A program made the translations under genes and the position numbers. Below, in pieces: positions 1-8,912 of a DNA stretch of 64,000 nucleotides (the stretch's first letter is position 1; each line of letters starts with the position of its first letter). The DNA is from Desulfitobacterium sp. (GTDB taxonomy: Bacteria; Bacillota; Desulfitobacteriia; Desulfitobacteriales; Desulfitobacteriaceae). The notes under the pieces are model-generated. The model worked only from the letters and a program-made list of their open reading frames with translations. It was not told where the DNA came from and ran no database searches. Where the stretch lies: positions 151-64,150 of the forward strand of contig NZ_JAYFQK010000059.1 of NCBI RefSeq assembly GCF_034927245.1, written 5' to 3'.

Positions 1-837
1 AACCTTCGTTTCGAGCAAAGCTTTCTCTTGCAGTGTTTGTTTAAAGTCCTCTTCTTGTTGGGTATGCTGTTCGATGGAATCCACCAGTCGATTATAGGCC
101 TGAGCGATGGGTTCGAGTTCATTGGGGGGGATTTTTTCTATTCGTTGGATTTGTCCGTTTGATTTGCGTACCCGCGTAATTTCTTCGGATAGGTTTCTAA
201 TACTATGACTAACCCCTTTTGCGGACCAACGGCTGACCCCAATTCCTAAAATAAGAGCTAAGGCTAAAAAAATTAGCATTAGAGAGATTGTCATCTGGTA
301 GGTTTGATTAGACTTCGTGAGTAAATCTTTCATTTTGGAATACTCAAGGCTATGAAAAGTAAAACCTTTATCTTCAATGCTTAGTCTAATCATATTCTGC
401 TCCGGTGTTAGAAATAAGCGAGCTGCTTCTTCCCTCTTTCCTGCCTTAAGAAGCTCCGAAACTTCTAAAACATCTAATCTATATGCGGTGGCCGAACCCA
501 TAAGCTCGGTGAGGAATTCTTTTCTTAGCTGATCATCTTCCTCATGTTGTAATTTCTCGATAATCTGCTCCGTTTTTAGGAGGGTGTCTTCGATATTATT
601 TATTTCTTGAAAATCGGTGTTTGTGAGATCTAATAACAAATCACGTATTTTCCTGGCTGTACCCGCATAATCCTCTTCGATTCTATCTATTAGTCTTACC
701 TTTTCATAATGAACCACGACAAGTTCATCAATGCTTTTGATTTGGCTGCGCATCATCATAATTGATAGTAAAACACATAATGTCATGAGGAAAAGTATAA
801 ACCCAAAACCTATGTCTAGTTTAGAACGAAGCCGCAT
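1..837 (-). CDS. membrane sensor with HAMP-like linker (methyl-accepting chemotaxis protein or sensor kinase); N-terminal part only, 3' end runs off the window
   Basis: This ORF is absent from the ORF track because it is truncated. My minus-strand translation from the ATG at 837 reads MRLRSKLDIGFGFILFLMTLCVLLSIMMMRSQ... It has two hydrophobic helices flanking a helical extracytoplasmic region of about 170 aa, followed by a HAMP-like segment (NELEPIAQAYNRLVDSIEQ). The frame stays open to position 1. Confidence 0.6.
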   Translation of the reverse strand, partial: MRLRSKLDIGFGFILFLMTLCVLLSIMMMRSQIKSIDELVVVHYEKVRLIDRIEEDYAGTARKIRDLLLDLTNTDFQEINNIEDTLLKTEQIIEKLQHEEDDQLRKEFLTELMGSATAYRLDVLEVSELLKAGKREEAARLFLTPEQNMIRLSIEDKGFTFHSLEYSKMKDLLTKSNQTYQMTISLMLIFLALALILGIGVSRWSAKGVSHSIRNLSEEITRVRKSNGQIQRIEKIPPNELEPIAQAYNRLVDSIEQHTQQEEDFKQTLQEKALLETKV

Positions 838-967
838 TCACTATCCCCCTGCTCTATTCGTTCGTGATAATGTAGCATTTTTTTCCTTTTCTATTATACC
901 TTATCCAATATGTCGATCAGTGTCATTTAAAAGAGATGGTCTATTATAATTTAAGTAGAAAAATAGC

Positions 968-1008
968 AAAAAAGAACAATTCCTTAAAAGGAAGGATTGT
1001 TCTTTTTG
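968..1008 (-). terminator. intrinsic terminator downstream of the UxaA-family gene
   Basis: Hairpin AGAACAATTCCTT / AAGGATTGTTCT flanked by an A-run and a T-run, 40 nt beyond the stop at 1048. Confidence 0.6.
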
Positions 1009-1047
1009 GGGAATACTCATATGCAGTTTTCCGGTGATATCTCTAAT

Positions 1048-2205
1048 TTAATATGTTGGAGCTATTTTATAGATTCCAAACTCCATATGACCTAAACTTT
1101 CAGCTTTTGGCCTATGTCCATTCGCAACTTCTACTACATAATCCAAGATTCTTCGACCGACCTGAGCAATGGTTTCTTCACCGGAGATAATTGTCGAGGC
1201 ATCTATATCCATGTTATCTTCCATCATCTTAAATGTACGGGAATTTCCTGTTATTTTTATAACCGGAGCAATGGGACAACCCGTTGGCGTTCCGCGTCCT
1301 GTAGTAAAGATTACAACAGTAGCACCGCCTGCAACCATACCGGTAATAGACTCAACATCCTGCCCGGGCGAATCCATAACGTAAAGCCCTTTTCCATTAG
1401 GGGCCTCGCCATAAGCCAATACATCTTGAATAGGTGCATGACCTGCTTTATGAATACAACCTAACGATTTTTCTTCGATCGAACTAATTCCACCTTCGAT
1501 ATTTCCCGGGGTCGGCTGGCTGCCCCGAAGATCAACATGCATTAGTTTTGCTCTTTCTTCACAGGTCTGCACATAGTGGATCAATTTCTCTCCAATTTCC
1601 TTGGTCCTGCAGCGCCGTGCAAGAATATGTTCTGCCCCAATGAATTCGGTCGTTTCCGATAGCATAGAGGTTCCACCCGCTGCGACCAACAAATCTGAGG
1701 CAACTCCACAGGCTGGATTTGAAGCTAAACCTGAGGTAAAGTCAGAACCACCGCATTCGATCGCCATGACAAGCTCGCTGATATCCATTTTTTCAGGCTG
1801 AAGATGAGCCACTTTACGCACTAATTCTCCCGCTAATCGTAAACCCTCAGCGATAGCCTTCAGCGTTCCACCAACCTCCTGGATCACAAGCGTCTCAACA
1901 GGCTTGCCGGAAGTTGCGATCTCTGAAGCCATCTCGCGTATCGGCATTCCTTCACATCCGAGTCCAATCACAAGTACAGCTGCAACATTCGGATTTTTTC
2001 CTAATCCGATTAAAGTCCGTAATGTCTGTTCATAATCCGCCCCGATCTGACAGCAGCCATGCTGGTTCGCAATGGCTACTGCACCCGGAATTTGAGCAGC
2101 GATATTTGCCGCAACCGTGCTAGAACAAACGGCGGTCGGAATAATTGCGATATGATTACGAATTCCTACGCGTCCATCAGGGCGGCGATAGCCTAAAATC
2201 TCCAT
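1048..2205 (-). CDS. UxaA-family hydro-lyase, large (catalytic C-terminal domain) subunit
   Basis: 385 aa, MEILGYRRPDGRVGIRNHIAIIPTAVCSS...VIGLGCEG... The sequence resembles the altronate/galactarate dehydratase C-terminal domain. Confidence 0.85.
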   Translation of the reverse strand: MEILGYRRPDGRVGIRNHIAIIPTAVCSSTVAANIAAQIPGAVAIANQHGCCQIGADYEQTLRTLIGLGKNPNVAAVLVIGLGCEGMPIREMASEIATSGKPVETLVIQEVGGTLKAIAEGLRLAGELVRKVAHLQPEKMDISELVMAIECGGSDFTSGLASNPACGVASDLLVAAGGTSMLSETTEFIGAEHILARRCRTKEIGEKLIHYVQTCEERAKLMHVDLRGSQPTPGNIEGGISSIEEKSLGCIHKAGHAPIQDVLAYGEAPNGKGLYVMDSPGQDVESITGMVAGGATVVIFTTGRGTPTGCPIAPVIKITGNSRTFKMMEDNMDIDASTIISGEETIAQVGRRILDYVVEVANGHRPKAESLGHMEFGIYKIAPTY

Positions 2206-2224
2206 CGGCTAGACCTCACTTTAA

Positions 2225-2524
2225 TTAATTTAATCCTTCCTTGTCTCCGCGGCCGCGCAGACTCTCCATGTTATGAATATGAACATACTCACCCACTTTT
2301 ATATTTAATGTTGCTCCACCAATGCTTTCACCGTATTTGATAATTTCTTCACCTTTTGGGATCTCATGTATCGCAATCTTATGGCCTAGGGGTACATCCT
2401 GAAGCAGTTCAACTGACTGTTCCTTATCCCCTACGAAAAAATGGATTTGGGTACCTGCTTTAAAGTCGTCTACTACTGTGGCAACATTGTCATTGGCACT
2501 AATGACAACAGCTTGTTTTTTCAT
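2225..2524 (-). CDS. UxaA-family hydro-lyase, small SAF-domain subunit
   Basis: 99 aa with an SAF-like beta-clip N-terminal module (VISANDNVATVV...PLGHKIAIHEIPKGEEIIKYGESIG), encoded 19 nt upstream of the large subunit. Confidence 0.8.
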   Translation of the reverse strand: MKKQAVVISANDNVATVVDDFKAGTQIHFFVGDKEQSVELLQDVPLGHKIAIHEIPKGEEIIKYGESIGGATLNIKVGEYVHIHNMESLRGRGDKEGLN

Positions 2525-2543
2525 CTGTCCTCACCTCTATGTC

Positions 2544-2828
2544 TTATGTTTTCTTTAACTTTTGTTGCTTTCGGCTGTCCAACTTATAAATAAGGGCTAA
2601 AATTTCAGCGACAGCCGCATATAGTTGGGGTGGAATTTCATGGTTTAGATCGATCTGAACCAAGGCCTCTACTAAAGTTTCATTTTTTTGGATCGGGATA
2701 CCCTCGTTTCGAGCGACCTCAATAATCTTTTTAGCTAATTCCCCAGTTCCCCGAGCGATAACTTTGGGTGCTCCTGAGCCTTTATAGCTCAGTGCCACAG
2801 CTTTTTCAGATCTTGTATCCTCAGGCAT
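2544..2828 (-). CDS. FlhB C-terminal-domain-only protein (EscU/YscU/HrcU family, YlqH-like)
   Basis: From the ATG at 2828 the protein reads MPEDTRSEKAVALSYKGSGAPKVIARGTGELAKKIIEVARNEGIPIQKNETLVEAL... The longer ORF-track start at 2906 would overlap the upstream gene by 86 nt. Confidence 0.8.
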   Translation of the reverse strand: MPEDTRSEKAVALSYKGSGAPKVIARGTGELAKKIIEVARNEGIPIQKNETLVEALVQIDLNHEIPPQLYAAVAEILALIYKLDSRKQQKLKKT

Positions 2829-4317
2829 AAATGTCAACCCCCTGTTGTGGTTCACCCGAAACAAAATTTTTAAATTCTGAATTAGATTTCCAAGAAACTG
2901 CCTCAATCCCCGTTAATCTCAATCCCAAGTGAGCAAAACGTTCAATCGTTTCCCCTTTGTACTCTTGAACAAGCTCGGAAACTTCTTGAGGATTTGCACA
3001 CAAAACGCGCAGGCTCAACGAATTTTCAATTAGATATGCATCAATACCAATTTTTCCGAGGGCTAATGATTCCATATAAACTCCGATTCGGCAGTGATTC
3101 TGATCTAAATCTTTCTTCTGACGATCACTCTGAAGAGCAATTTTTGCATCATATAGACGTGAATTGTCTTTTAAGGGAAGACCTATCCATATATAGGAAT
3201 TCGTCATATCACTTAAAAATAATTGTTGACCTGTTATTTTTTCTAAAAGAAATTGATATTTTGAAGTTGAGGAAGATTCTTCTTTAACATTGGACTCTTG
3301 GAGAAGCTGGGCTTTAATCATATCTTTAAGACGAGCCAACTCCTCTTCGGGGGGTTTATCTTTAGCCAGAAACAGTTCGGCGATTTTACGTTCATAACCG
3401 ATACCTAACTTGTCTAAAAACTCACGAATTTGCTTAAAACCATTATCTCCATTGAGTTCCGCCCAACGCGGCAAAATGGACAAAAGCTTATCACTGACGC
3501 TCTGATCGAACAGATTAACAGAACTTGCTGCAGTGAACTTTCCCATGCTTATTTCTCTTGACTGCAAGGCAATTTGTGCGGATTCCGGGGGCTGTGCAGC
3601 TTGGGGAAGTCTCCCGATTTGGTCGGTTTGACCCGTTCGAGTGGCTTGGGCTGTTTGAGTGACTTGACCTCCTTGGGTAGCTTGACCTCCTTGGGTAGCT
3701 TGACCTCCTTGGGTAGCTTGACCTCCTTGGGTAGCTTGACCTCCTTGGGTAGCTTGACCCCCTTGGGTGGCTTGACCCCCTTGGGTGGCTTGACCTTCTT
3801 GGGTAACTTGACCTCCTTGGGTTGTTTGACCTTCTTGAGGAGCTTGACCTCCTTGGGTGGCTTGACCTCCTTGGGTAGCTTGACCCGTTTGATTCGATTG
3901 TTCCTGACTTATCCCATTTTTTTCACTTAGGAGTGTACTCCATTGGATATTCTTAGCGGTATTAAGAGCCTTTGCTACATCTTGGCTAAGACCGGCGAAT
4001 CGGGTGAGCTCTTGACTTACCTGCGGTGAGTCATTTAAAAGTAAGATCTTTCCGCTTGAGCCGGGGGATTTTGCCTCCCTTGCAAGGATTAGTTCCTGAG
4101 ATCCAACCTCCTTGACAACGGCCCAAAATTTATCACCCGGTTGGGCTGTTGTTTCCAGGAGGGCATTGAAAAGATTGCCTTTAATATTAATTACACCCTG
4201 TCCGGACGGTTCTAAGCTTTGAACCTCGATAAAAACCCGCTGTCCCTCACGTAACTCATTGGTATTTAAGTTTAATAAACTGTTGGGTATATTGAGACCT
4301 TGGATATTCATACTCAA
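2821..4317 (-). CDS. FliK-like (hook-length-control-like) protein with Gln/Thr/Gly heptad repeats
   Basis: 498 aa. The C-terminal ~110 aa (IWIGLPLKDNSRLYDAKIALQSDRQ...IGVYMESLALGKIGIDAYLIENSLSLRVLCANPQEV) resemble the FliK/Flg_hook C-terminal domain. The gene overlaps the FlhB-like gene by 8 nt. Confidence 0.6.
   Translation of the reverse strand: MSMNIQGLNIPNSLLNLNTNELREGQRVFIEVQSLEPSGQGVINIKGNLFNALLETTAQPGDKFWAVVKEVGSQELILAREAKSPGSSGKILLLNDSPQVSQELTRFAGLSQDVAKALNTAKNIQWSTLLSEKNGISQEQSNQTGQATQGGQATQGGQAPQEGQTTQGGQVTQEGQATQGGQATQGGQATQGGQATQGGQATQGGQATQGGQATQGGQVTQTAQATRTGQTDQIGRLPQAAQPPESAQIALQSREISMGKFTAASSVNLFDQSVSDKLLSILPRWAELNGDNGFKQIREFLDKLGIGYERKIAELFLAKDKPPEEELARLKDMIKAQLLQESNVKEESSSTSKYQFLLEKITGQQLFLSDMTNSYIWIGLPLKDNSRLYDAKIALQSDRQKKDLDQNHCRIGVYMESLALGKIGIDAYLIENSLSLRVLCANPQEVSELVQEYKGETIERFAHLGLRLTGIEAVSWKSNSEFKNFVSGEPQQGVDIYA
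3631..3888 (-). repeat. 21-bp in-frame tandem repeat (~12 units) encoding (QATQGGQ)n
   Basis: The plus strand reads CTTGACCTCCTTGGGTAGCTT repeated. About five central units are identical and the flanking units are degenerate. The repeat translates to aa ~144-230 of the FliK-like protein. Confidence 0.95.
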
Positions 4318-4320
4318 CCT

Positions 4321-6006
4321 CTATTCTTGAGCTTTATCCAGCCATTCTTCAATGACTCCAATAACCGAATGTATACTTCCTTCTTCAAAGGGGGAAATAA
4401 GATTCGCCGTTTTCACTATCTCAAGAAAGGACAAACTTCCACCGACATGACAGATCTTATTGTAATCTTCCCATGCTTGTTTATGATTTTCGCGTGATCT
4501 TTTCCAAAATTGGAAAGCGCAGAGCTGAGCCAAGGTATAATCAATATAATAGAACGGTGAACTAAAGATATGTCCCTGTTGATGCCAGAATCCCCCGCGT
4601 TCGAGATATTCATTGTCCCCATATATTCGATAAGGAAGGTATTTCTTCTCAATATTACGCCAAGCCTTTTTACGTTCGTCAGGAGTTGCTTCAGGATAAG
4701 AATATACAAAATGCTGGAATTCGTCGACTGCTACGCCATAGGGAATAAATAAAAGTGCTTCACTCAGGTGAGTAAATCGATACTTATCGGCTTCATCCTT
4801 AAAGAAGAGTTCCATCCAAGGCCATGCAAAAAACTCCATGCTCATTGAATGGATCTCGCAGGACTCATATGTCGGCCAGTGATATTCCGGAACTGCAAAA
4901 TTTCGGCTGCAATACACTTGAAAGGCATGACCTGCCTCATGTGTCAAGACATCAACATCCCCGGATGTTCCATTAAAATTTGAGAATATAAACGGTGACT
5001 GATACTTGCTGATATAAGTACAATATCCTCCCCCTGCCTTGCCCTTTTGGGTAACAAGATCAAGGAGTTCATGTTCCAGCATATAGTTAAAAAATTCATG
5101 GGTTTCAGGAGAAAGTTCGCTGTACATTCTTCGTCCGTTTTCTATAATCCATTCAGGGGTTCCTTTAGGGTTCGCATTACCTTCGGGAAAAATAAGCTTT
5201 TCATCATAATACATCAGTTGGTCTAATCCTAAACGTCTTCTTTGACGCTCACGAAGTTTGGTCGCAACAGGAACTATCTCCATTTCTACTTGCTTTCGGA
5301 ATTGCGCGACCATTTCAGGAGTGTAATCAGAGCGAAGCATACGTGCATAACCGAGTTCCACATAATTGTCATAACCCAGTTTTTTCGCAATTTCAGTTCT
5401 TACATTAACGAGTTGATTAAAGATAGCATCCAATTCATCCTCATGTTCGGTAAAGAAGGAATACTTCGCCCGGTTAGCTTTTCGGCGCATCTCCCTATCC
5501 GGCGATTGCAGAAATGGCCCCAATCCTGATAGATTTCGCTCCTCCCCTTCAAACTGAATTTTAGCTGAAGCGATAAGTTTTAAATACTCACTTTCGAGTT
5601 TATTTTCGAGCTGTAAATTTTCTATAATTTCCGGCTTAAAAGTTTTCAGCGTTAATTCTGCAATGCGAAATAGCTGTTTTCCCCATTTCGCTTCCAATTC
5701 ATTGCGAAATAGGGAATTAACCAATGCTCGATAGTATTCGGAAATCAAGCCTTCATAGATCGGGCTGTTTTCATCGAAATACTCTTGCTCTTCTTCGTAA
5801 AAGCGATCTGTGGTATCCACAGAATGACGAATTTGTACCAATTCATACATGGATTCGAAATTCTCACGAAGTCGATTGATCTCAACCATCGCTTGATCTT
5901 GCTCCGGGAAGCTTTCCGCATGTTGAAAACGATCAAGTAAATCTTTAAAATTCACCTTCATTTTTGACATATCCGGCCGTATGTAGGAATAGTCTTTAAA
6001 TTTCAT
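4321..6006 (-). CDS. M3-family oligoendopeptidase (PepF-like)
   Basis: HEAGHAF zinc motif and overall M3 architecture. I prefer the ATG at 6006 (MKFKDYSY...), which is preceded by GAAGGA, over the ORF-track start at 6018. Confidence 0.9.
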   Translation of the reverse strand: MKFKDYSYIRPDMSKMKVNFKDLLDRFQHAESFPEQDQAMVEINRLRENFESMYELVQIRHSVDTTDRFYEEEQEYFDENSPIYEGLISEYYRALVNSLFRNELEAKWGKQLFRIAELTLKTFKPEIIENLQLENKLESEYLKLIASAKIQFEGEERNLSGLGPFLQSPDREMRRKANRAKYSFFTEHEDELDAIFNQLVNVRTEIAKKLGYDNYVELGYARMLRSDYTPEMVAQFRKQVEMEIVPVATKLRERQRRRLGLDQLMYYDEKLIFPEGNANPKGTPEWIIENGRRMYSELSPETHEFFNYMLEHELLDLVTQKGKAGGGYCTYISKYQSPFIFSNFNGTSGDVDVLTHEAGHAFQVYCSRNFAVPEYHWPTYESCEIHSMSMEFFAWPWMELFFKDEADKYRFTHLSEALLFIPYGVAVDEFQHFVYSYPEATPDERKKAWRNIEKKYLPYRIYGDNEYLERGGFWHQQGHIFSSPFYYIDYTLAQLCAFQFWKRSRENHKQAWEDYNKICHVGGSLSFLEIVKTANLISPFEEGSIHSVIGVIEEWLDKAQE

Positions 6007-6033
6007 TGCCGTTACCATCCTTCTAGCAAATAT

Positions 6034-6990
6034 TTACTGTGTAATTTCCTGACTGAATATCCACGTTTTCTCTTTGAAATCTCGACCGTTGATGATCACA
6101 GTGTTATGAGTGACCTCAACATAAAGGCCTTTGATATAAGGTTCTCTGGCCCGAATCTCTCCCGGATCCCGACGAACAATCGTATAATGAATAGTGCCTG
6201 TATGAACTTTTGTAAAGGCTTGATCTAAATTAACGCTTGAAGCACTAAGGTCAGCATGGGTATGTGAGGTAAAAAGGATTACTTCCGGATAACTATTAAG
6301 GATATCGTTAAGTATATCTCCTTGTTCCGACCCTACCCACCCTGAATTCGGGTTTGTATTTAAGGGTTGATGCAGAAAAACAAAAATGGGTTTACCTACG
6401 ACATAGTTTTCGGCAAGTTTTACTTTTAACCATTGAAGCTGTTTCTCGGAGATGTAAGCCTTAATCGAATCGTTTGTCTGGGAATTGCCGTCCTCCGAGC
6501 CTAAGGAGATAAAATGATAATTTTTCAGCCATATATCATGATAAACTTTCTCTTCACCCGCAAAATCAAGATACCGCTGCATAAATGTCTGAACCTCAGC
6601 AGGGGTATTTTCCTCAATTGTATAATCAAAAAACTCATGGTTCCCAATATTTTTAATTATAGTTTCCGGTAATTTAGACTGATTGCATTGCAAAGTTTTC
6701 GTGATTGCTTTATATTGTTCTTCCAGCCCTTGATCAACTGTATCACCGTTGAAGACCAAAGCATCCATATTAGAATTGATCGAATACAAATCGTTGAGCG
6801 CCTCCTGCAAATGCTCTGTATTTTCATGCACATCCCCAAGAACTGCAAAAGTTAGGTCAGCTTGAGAGGCGTTTGCAGAGACGCTTTCAGTTTTCGCTTT
6901 TGGATTATTGAGAAGCATCGCTCCAAGAAGGACCCCAATGAACAGTATCACTCCCCAAAAAGGAATGATTCTGGTTAGGCTCTTCTTCAT
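6034..6990 (-). CDS. membrane-anchored calcineurin-like metallophosphoesterase
   Basis: N-terminal TM helix followed by GDVHE...NGDTVDQG...GNHEF...HTH metallophosphatase motifs. Confidence 0.85.
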   Translation of the reverse strand: MKKSLTRIIPFWGVILFIGVLLGAMLLNNPKAKTESVSANASQADLTFAVLGDVHENTEHLQEALNDLYSINSNMDALVFNGDTVDQGLEEQYKAITKTLQCNQSKLPETIIKNIGNHEFFDYTIEENTPAEVQTFMQRYLDFAGEEKVYHDIWLKNYHFISLGSEDGNSQTNDSIKAYISEKQLQWLKVKLAENYVVGKPIFVFLHQPLNTNPNSGWVGSEQGDILNDILNSYPEVILFTSHTHADLSASSVNLDQAFTKVHTGTIHYTIVRRDPGEIRAREPYIKGLYVEVTHNTVIINGRDFKEKTWIFSQEITQ

Positions 6991-7238
6991 ACATGCTTTC
7001 TTCTTTCCTCACTTCGATCCTCCACAGGCATATCAATAATTTCGCCTGATGAATAGCCTTTCGGCGTCCGTCCGATTTTTCCGTTTTTATAACGCCTTTT
7101 CACGATATAATACCGATATAATCCGACTATACCTGCCGTTATCACACCAATAAGAAGAAAACTAAAAGCAAAAGTTCCCATGACAGCAAGAACACCAAGA
7201 AACACGATAAAACCCAGAATCTTATATAATTTATTCAT
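6987..7238 (-). CDS. small two-TM membrane protein, function unknown
   Basis: 83 aa with a GGGGAG RBS 8 nt upstream and a hydrophobic N-terminal half. It shows a 4-nt ATGA overlap with the phosphoesterase gene. Confidence 0.5.
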   Translation of the reverse strand: MNKLYKILGFIVFLGVLAVMGTFAFSFLLIGVITAGIVGLYRYYIVKRRYKNGKIGRTPKGYSSGEIIDMPVEDRSEERRKHV

Positions 7239-7499
7239 ACGAGTTCTCCCCTTTCACTTTACTCTATACCGAAACTTAAAATATAGTTATTCTTACTCAG
7301 TTTTATAATTTCCTGCCTGACTTCATAAAATCCGTAATAAGCTAAAATCATAAAAATCTACAAAAGCGGATTACAAATTTAATCTATTCCTTTTGTAAAG
7401 TTGGGACAAAGGAATCGCACTCAAAATAACGAATTAGATATCTAAATAGTGTCAAAAAAACTGTCATATCAATTATATAATGGATGAGGAGTATCTTAA

Positions 7500-8822
7500 A
7501 TGCTAATTAATCTAACCGAAGAGCAGCTCAAGACGATAAAGAACCCCGTTTTTCAAGACTATGCTCAGATCTACATCGATATAGAAAAAGGATATCTTAA
7601 TTGGGTAAAACAAACAGGACTTGATGTCGATAATAATCTTGATTTAATGACTGCTGATATTCTTAAAAGACTTGAATCTAAAGGTGCGGTCTTTAGAAAT
7701 GACGGAAAAAGCATTGTCGTCAACCGGATTTCTCCGGCGTGTGAAGCTTGTCAAAAAGGTATTGGGAGTGTATCCCTATTTATCTCTCTTCAGTGTCATC
7801 GCAAATGTTTCTTTTGTTTCAATCCAAATCAGGATCATTATGAAACATTTTTGCATGAGAAAAGAGATTATCGGGCTGAACTCGACGCACTTTATCGAAA
7901 CGGTGGAAAACTGACTCATTTAGGTTTAACCGGGGGTGAACCGTTGCTTTTTAAAGCAGAAACTCTTGACTTTTTTCAGTATGCCCGCTCAAAATTTCCA
8001 CGTGTCTATACTCGATTATATACATCAGGGGATTTATTAGACGAACAAACCCTGCATGGACTCCAGGCCTCAAACCTCAATGAGATTCGTTTCAGCATCA
8101 AAATGGAAGATTCCGAAGAAACGAAAGAACACGTTTTGGAGAAGATTAAGTTAGCAAAAAAATTCATACCAAGCGTCATGGTTGAAATGCCTGTCATCCC
8201 GGGAACATTAGAAGAGATGAAGCAATTACTGTTAAAACTTGATGCCCTGGAGATTTTCGGTATTAACCTTTTAGAATTCTGTTTTCCATTAAACAATGCC
8301 GGAATCTTTAAAGAAAAAGGCTTTAAAATTAAAAATCCGGCCTACCGCGTGCTTTATGATTATTGGTATGCCGGGGGTCTGCCTGTCTCACATAGTGAGG
8401 TTGAATGTCTGGAATTACTCGAATTTATTCTTGATCAGCATCTTCAACTCGGTGCACAGTATTGTTCTCTCGAAAACAAACATACTGCGCAGATATATAA
8501 ACAAAATAATCATCAGCAAGTAGCCGACTCGCTTTACTTCTCTTCTAAAGATTACTTTTTTAAGTCTGCCAAGGTATTCGGTCAAGATATTCCCCAGGTA
8601 TTAAATGTTTTTAAAAAAAATCACATTACAAATTATCAAATCAATCAAGATTATAATTATCTTGAATTTCACGTAGATCGAATAAAAGCATTAAAAAAGT
8701 TAGATCTAGAAATTGGCATCTCTTATCAAGTTCGTGAACAACGCGAAGACGGAAATTACCTTCGAGAACTAAAACTCGACTTAACAACCCCTCTCATGTT
8801 CAACCGCCGTGAAGATGTTTAA
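7500..8822 (+). CDS. radical SAM protein (PflA-activase-related, COG2108-like)
   Basis: CHRKCFFC (CX3CX2C) cluster motif and a GGEPLL glycine-rich SAM motif, plus an extra CEAC pair 15 aa upstream of the cluster. Confidence 0.8.
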   Translation: MLINLTEEQLKTIKNPVFQDYAQIYIDIEKGYLNWVKQTGLDVDNNLDLMTADILKRLESKGAVFRNDGKSIVVNRISPACEACQKGIGSVSLFISLQCHRKCFFCFNPNQDHYETFLHEKRDYRAELDALYRNGGKLTHLGLTGGEPLLFKAETLDFFQYARSKFPRVYTRLYTSGDLLDEQTLHGLQASNLNEIRFSIKMEDSEETKEHVLEKIKLAKKFIPSVMVEMPVIPGTLEEMKQLLLKLDALEIFGINLLEFCFPLNNAGIFKEKGFKIKNPAYRVLYDYWYAGGLPVSHSEVECLELLEFILDQHLQLGAQYCSLENKHTAQIYKQNNHQQVADSLYFSSKDYFFKSAKVFGQDIPQVLNVFKKNHITNYQINQDYNYLEFHVDRIKALKKLDLEIGISYQVREQREDGNYLRELKLDLTTPLMFNRREDV

Positions 8823-8912
8823 ATGTTTAAATTTCTCTTTTTTATGTTTTAACTGTCCCAATGCTTTAATGTTTTGGTATAATCGACATAGAAATACATT
8901 CATAAGAAAGGA

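Noticed and set aside
731-949. 72-aa plus-strand ORF at the sensor-gene 5' end
   Set aside because: It overlaps the start of the minus-strand sensor gene and its promoter region. It has no RBS and no recognisable features.
1114-2123. Several 66-116-aa plus-strand ORFs inside the UxaA-family gene, and similar antisense ORFs throughout the track (e.g. 5242-5529, 13814-14131, 18837-19193, 25961-26413, 28546-28971)
   Set aside because: Each lies opposite a long ORF with clear family-level motifs. They are typical shadow ORFs.
3631-3888. Possible CRISPR-like or satellite array
   Set aside because: The units are contiguous with no spacers, the period is 21 bp (a multiple of 3), and the array is fully in frame within a long ORF. 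It is a coding tandem repeat.
3574-3930. 118-aa plus-strand ORF made of LTSLGS repeats
   Set aside because: It is the antisense reading of the 21-bp tandem repeat inside the FliK-like gene. It has no RBS, and the minus-strand frame continues into recognisable flanking domains.
7401-7419. TTGGGACAAAGGAATCGCA upstream of the radical SAM gene as a sigma-54 promoter
   Set aside because: The GG-to-GC spacing is off by 1-2 nt in every register and the -12 element reads TCGCA rather than TTGCA.
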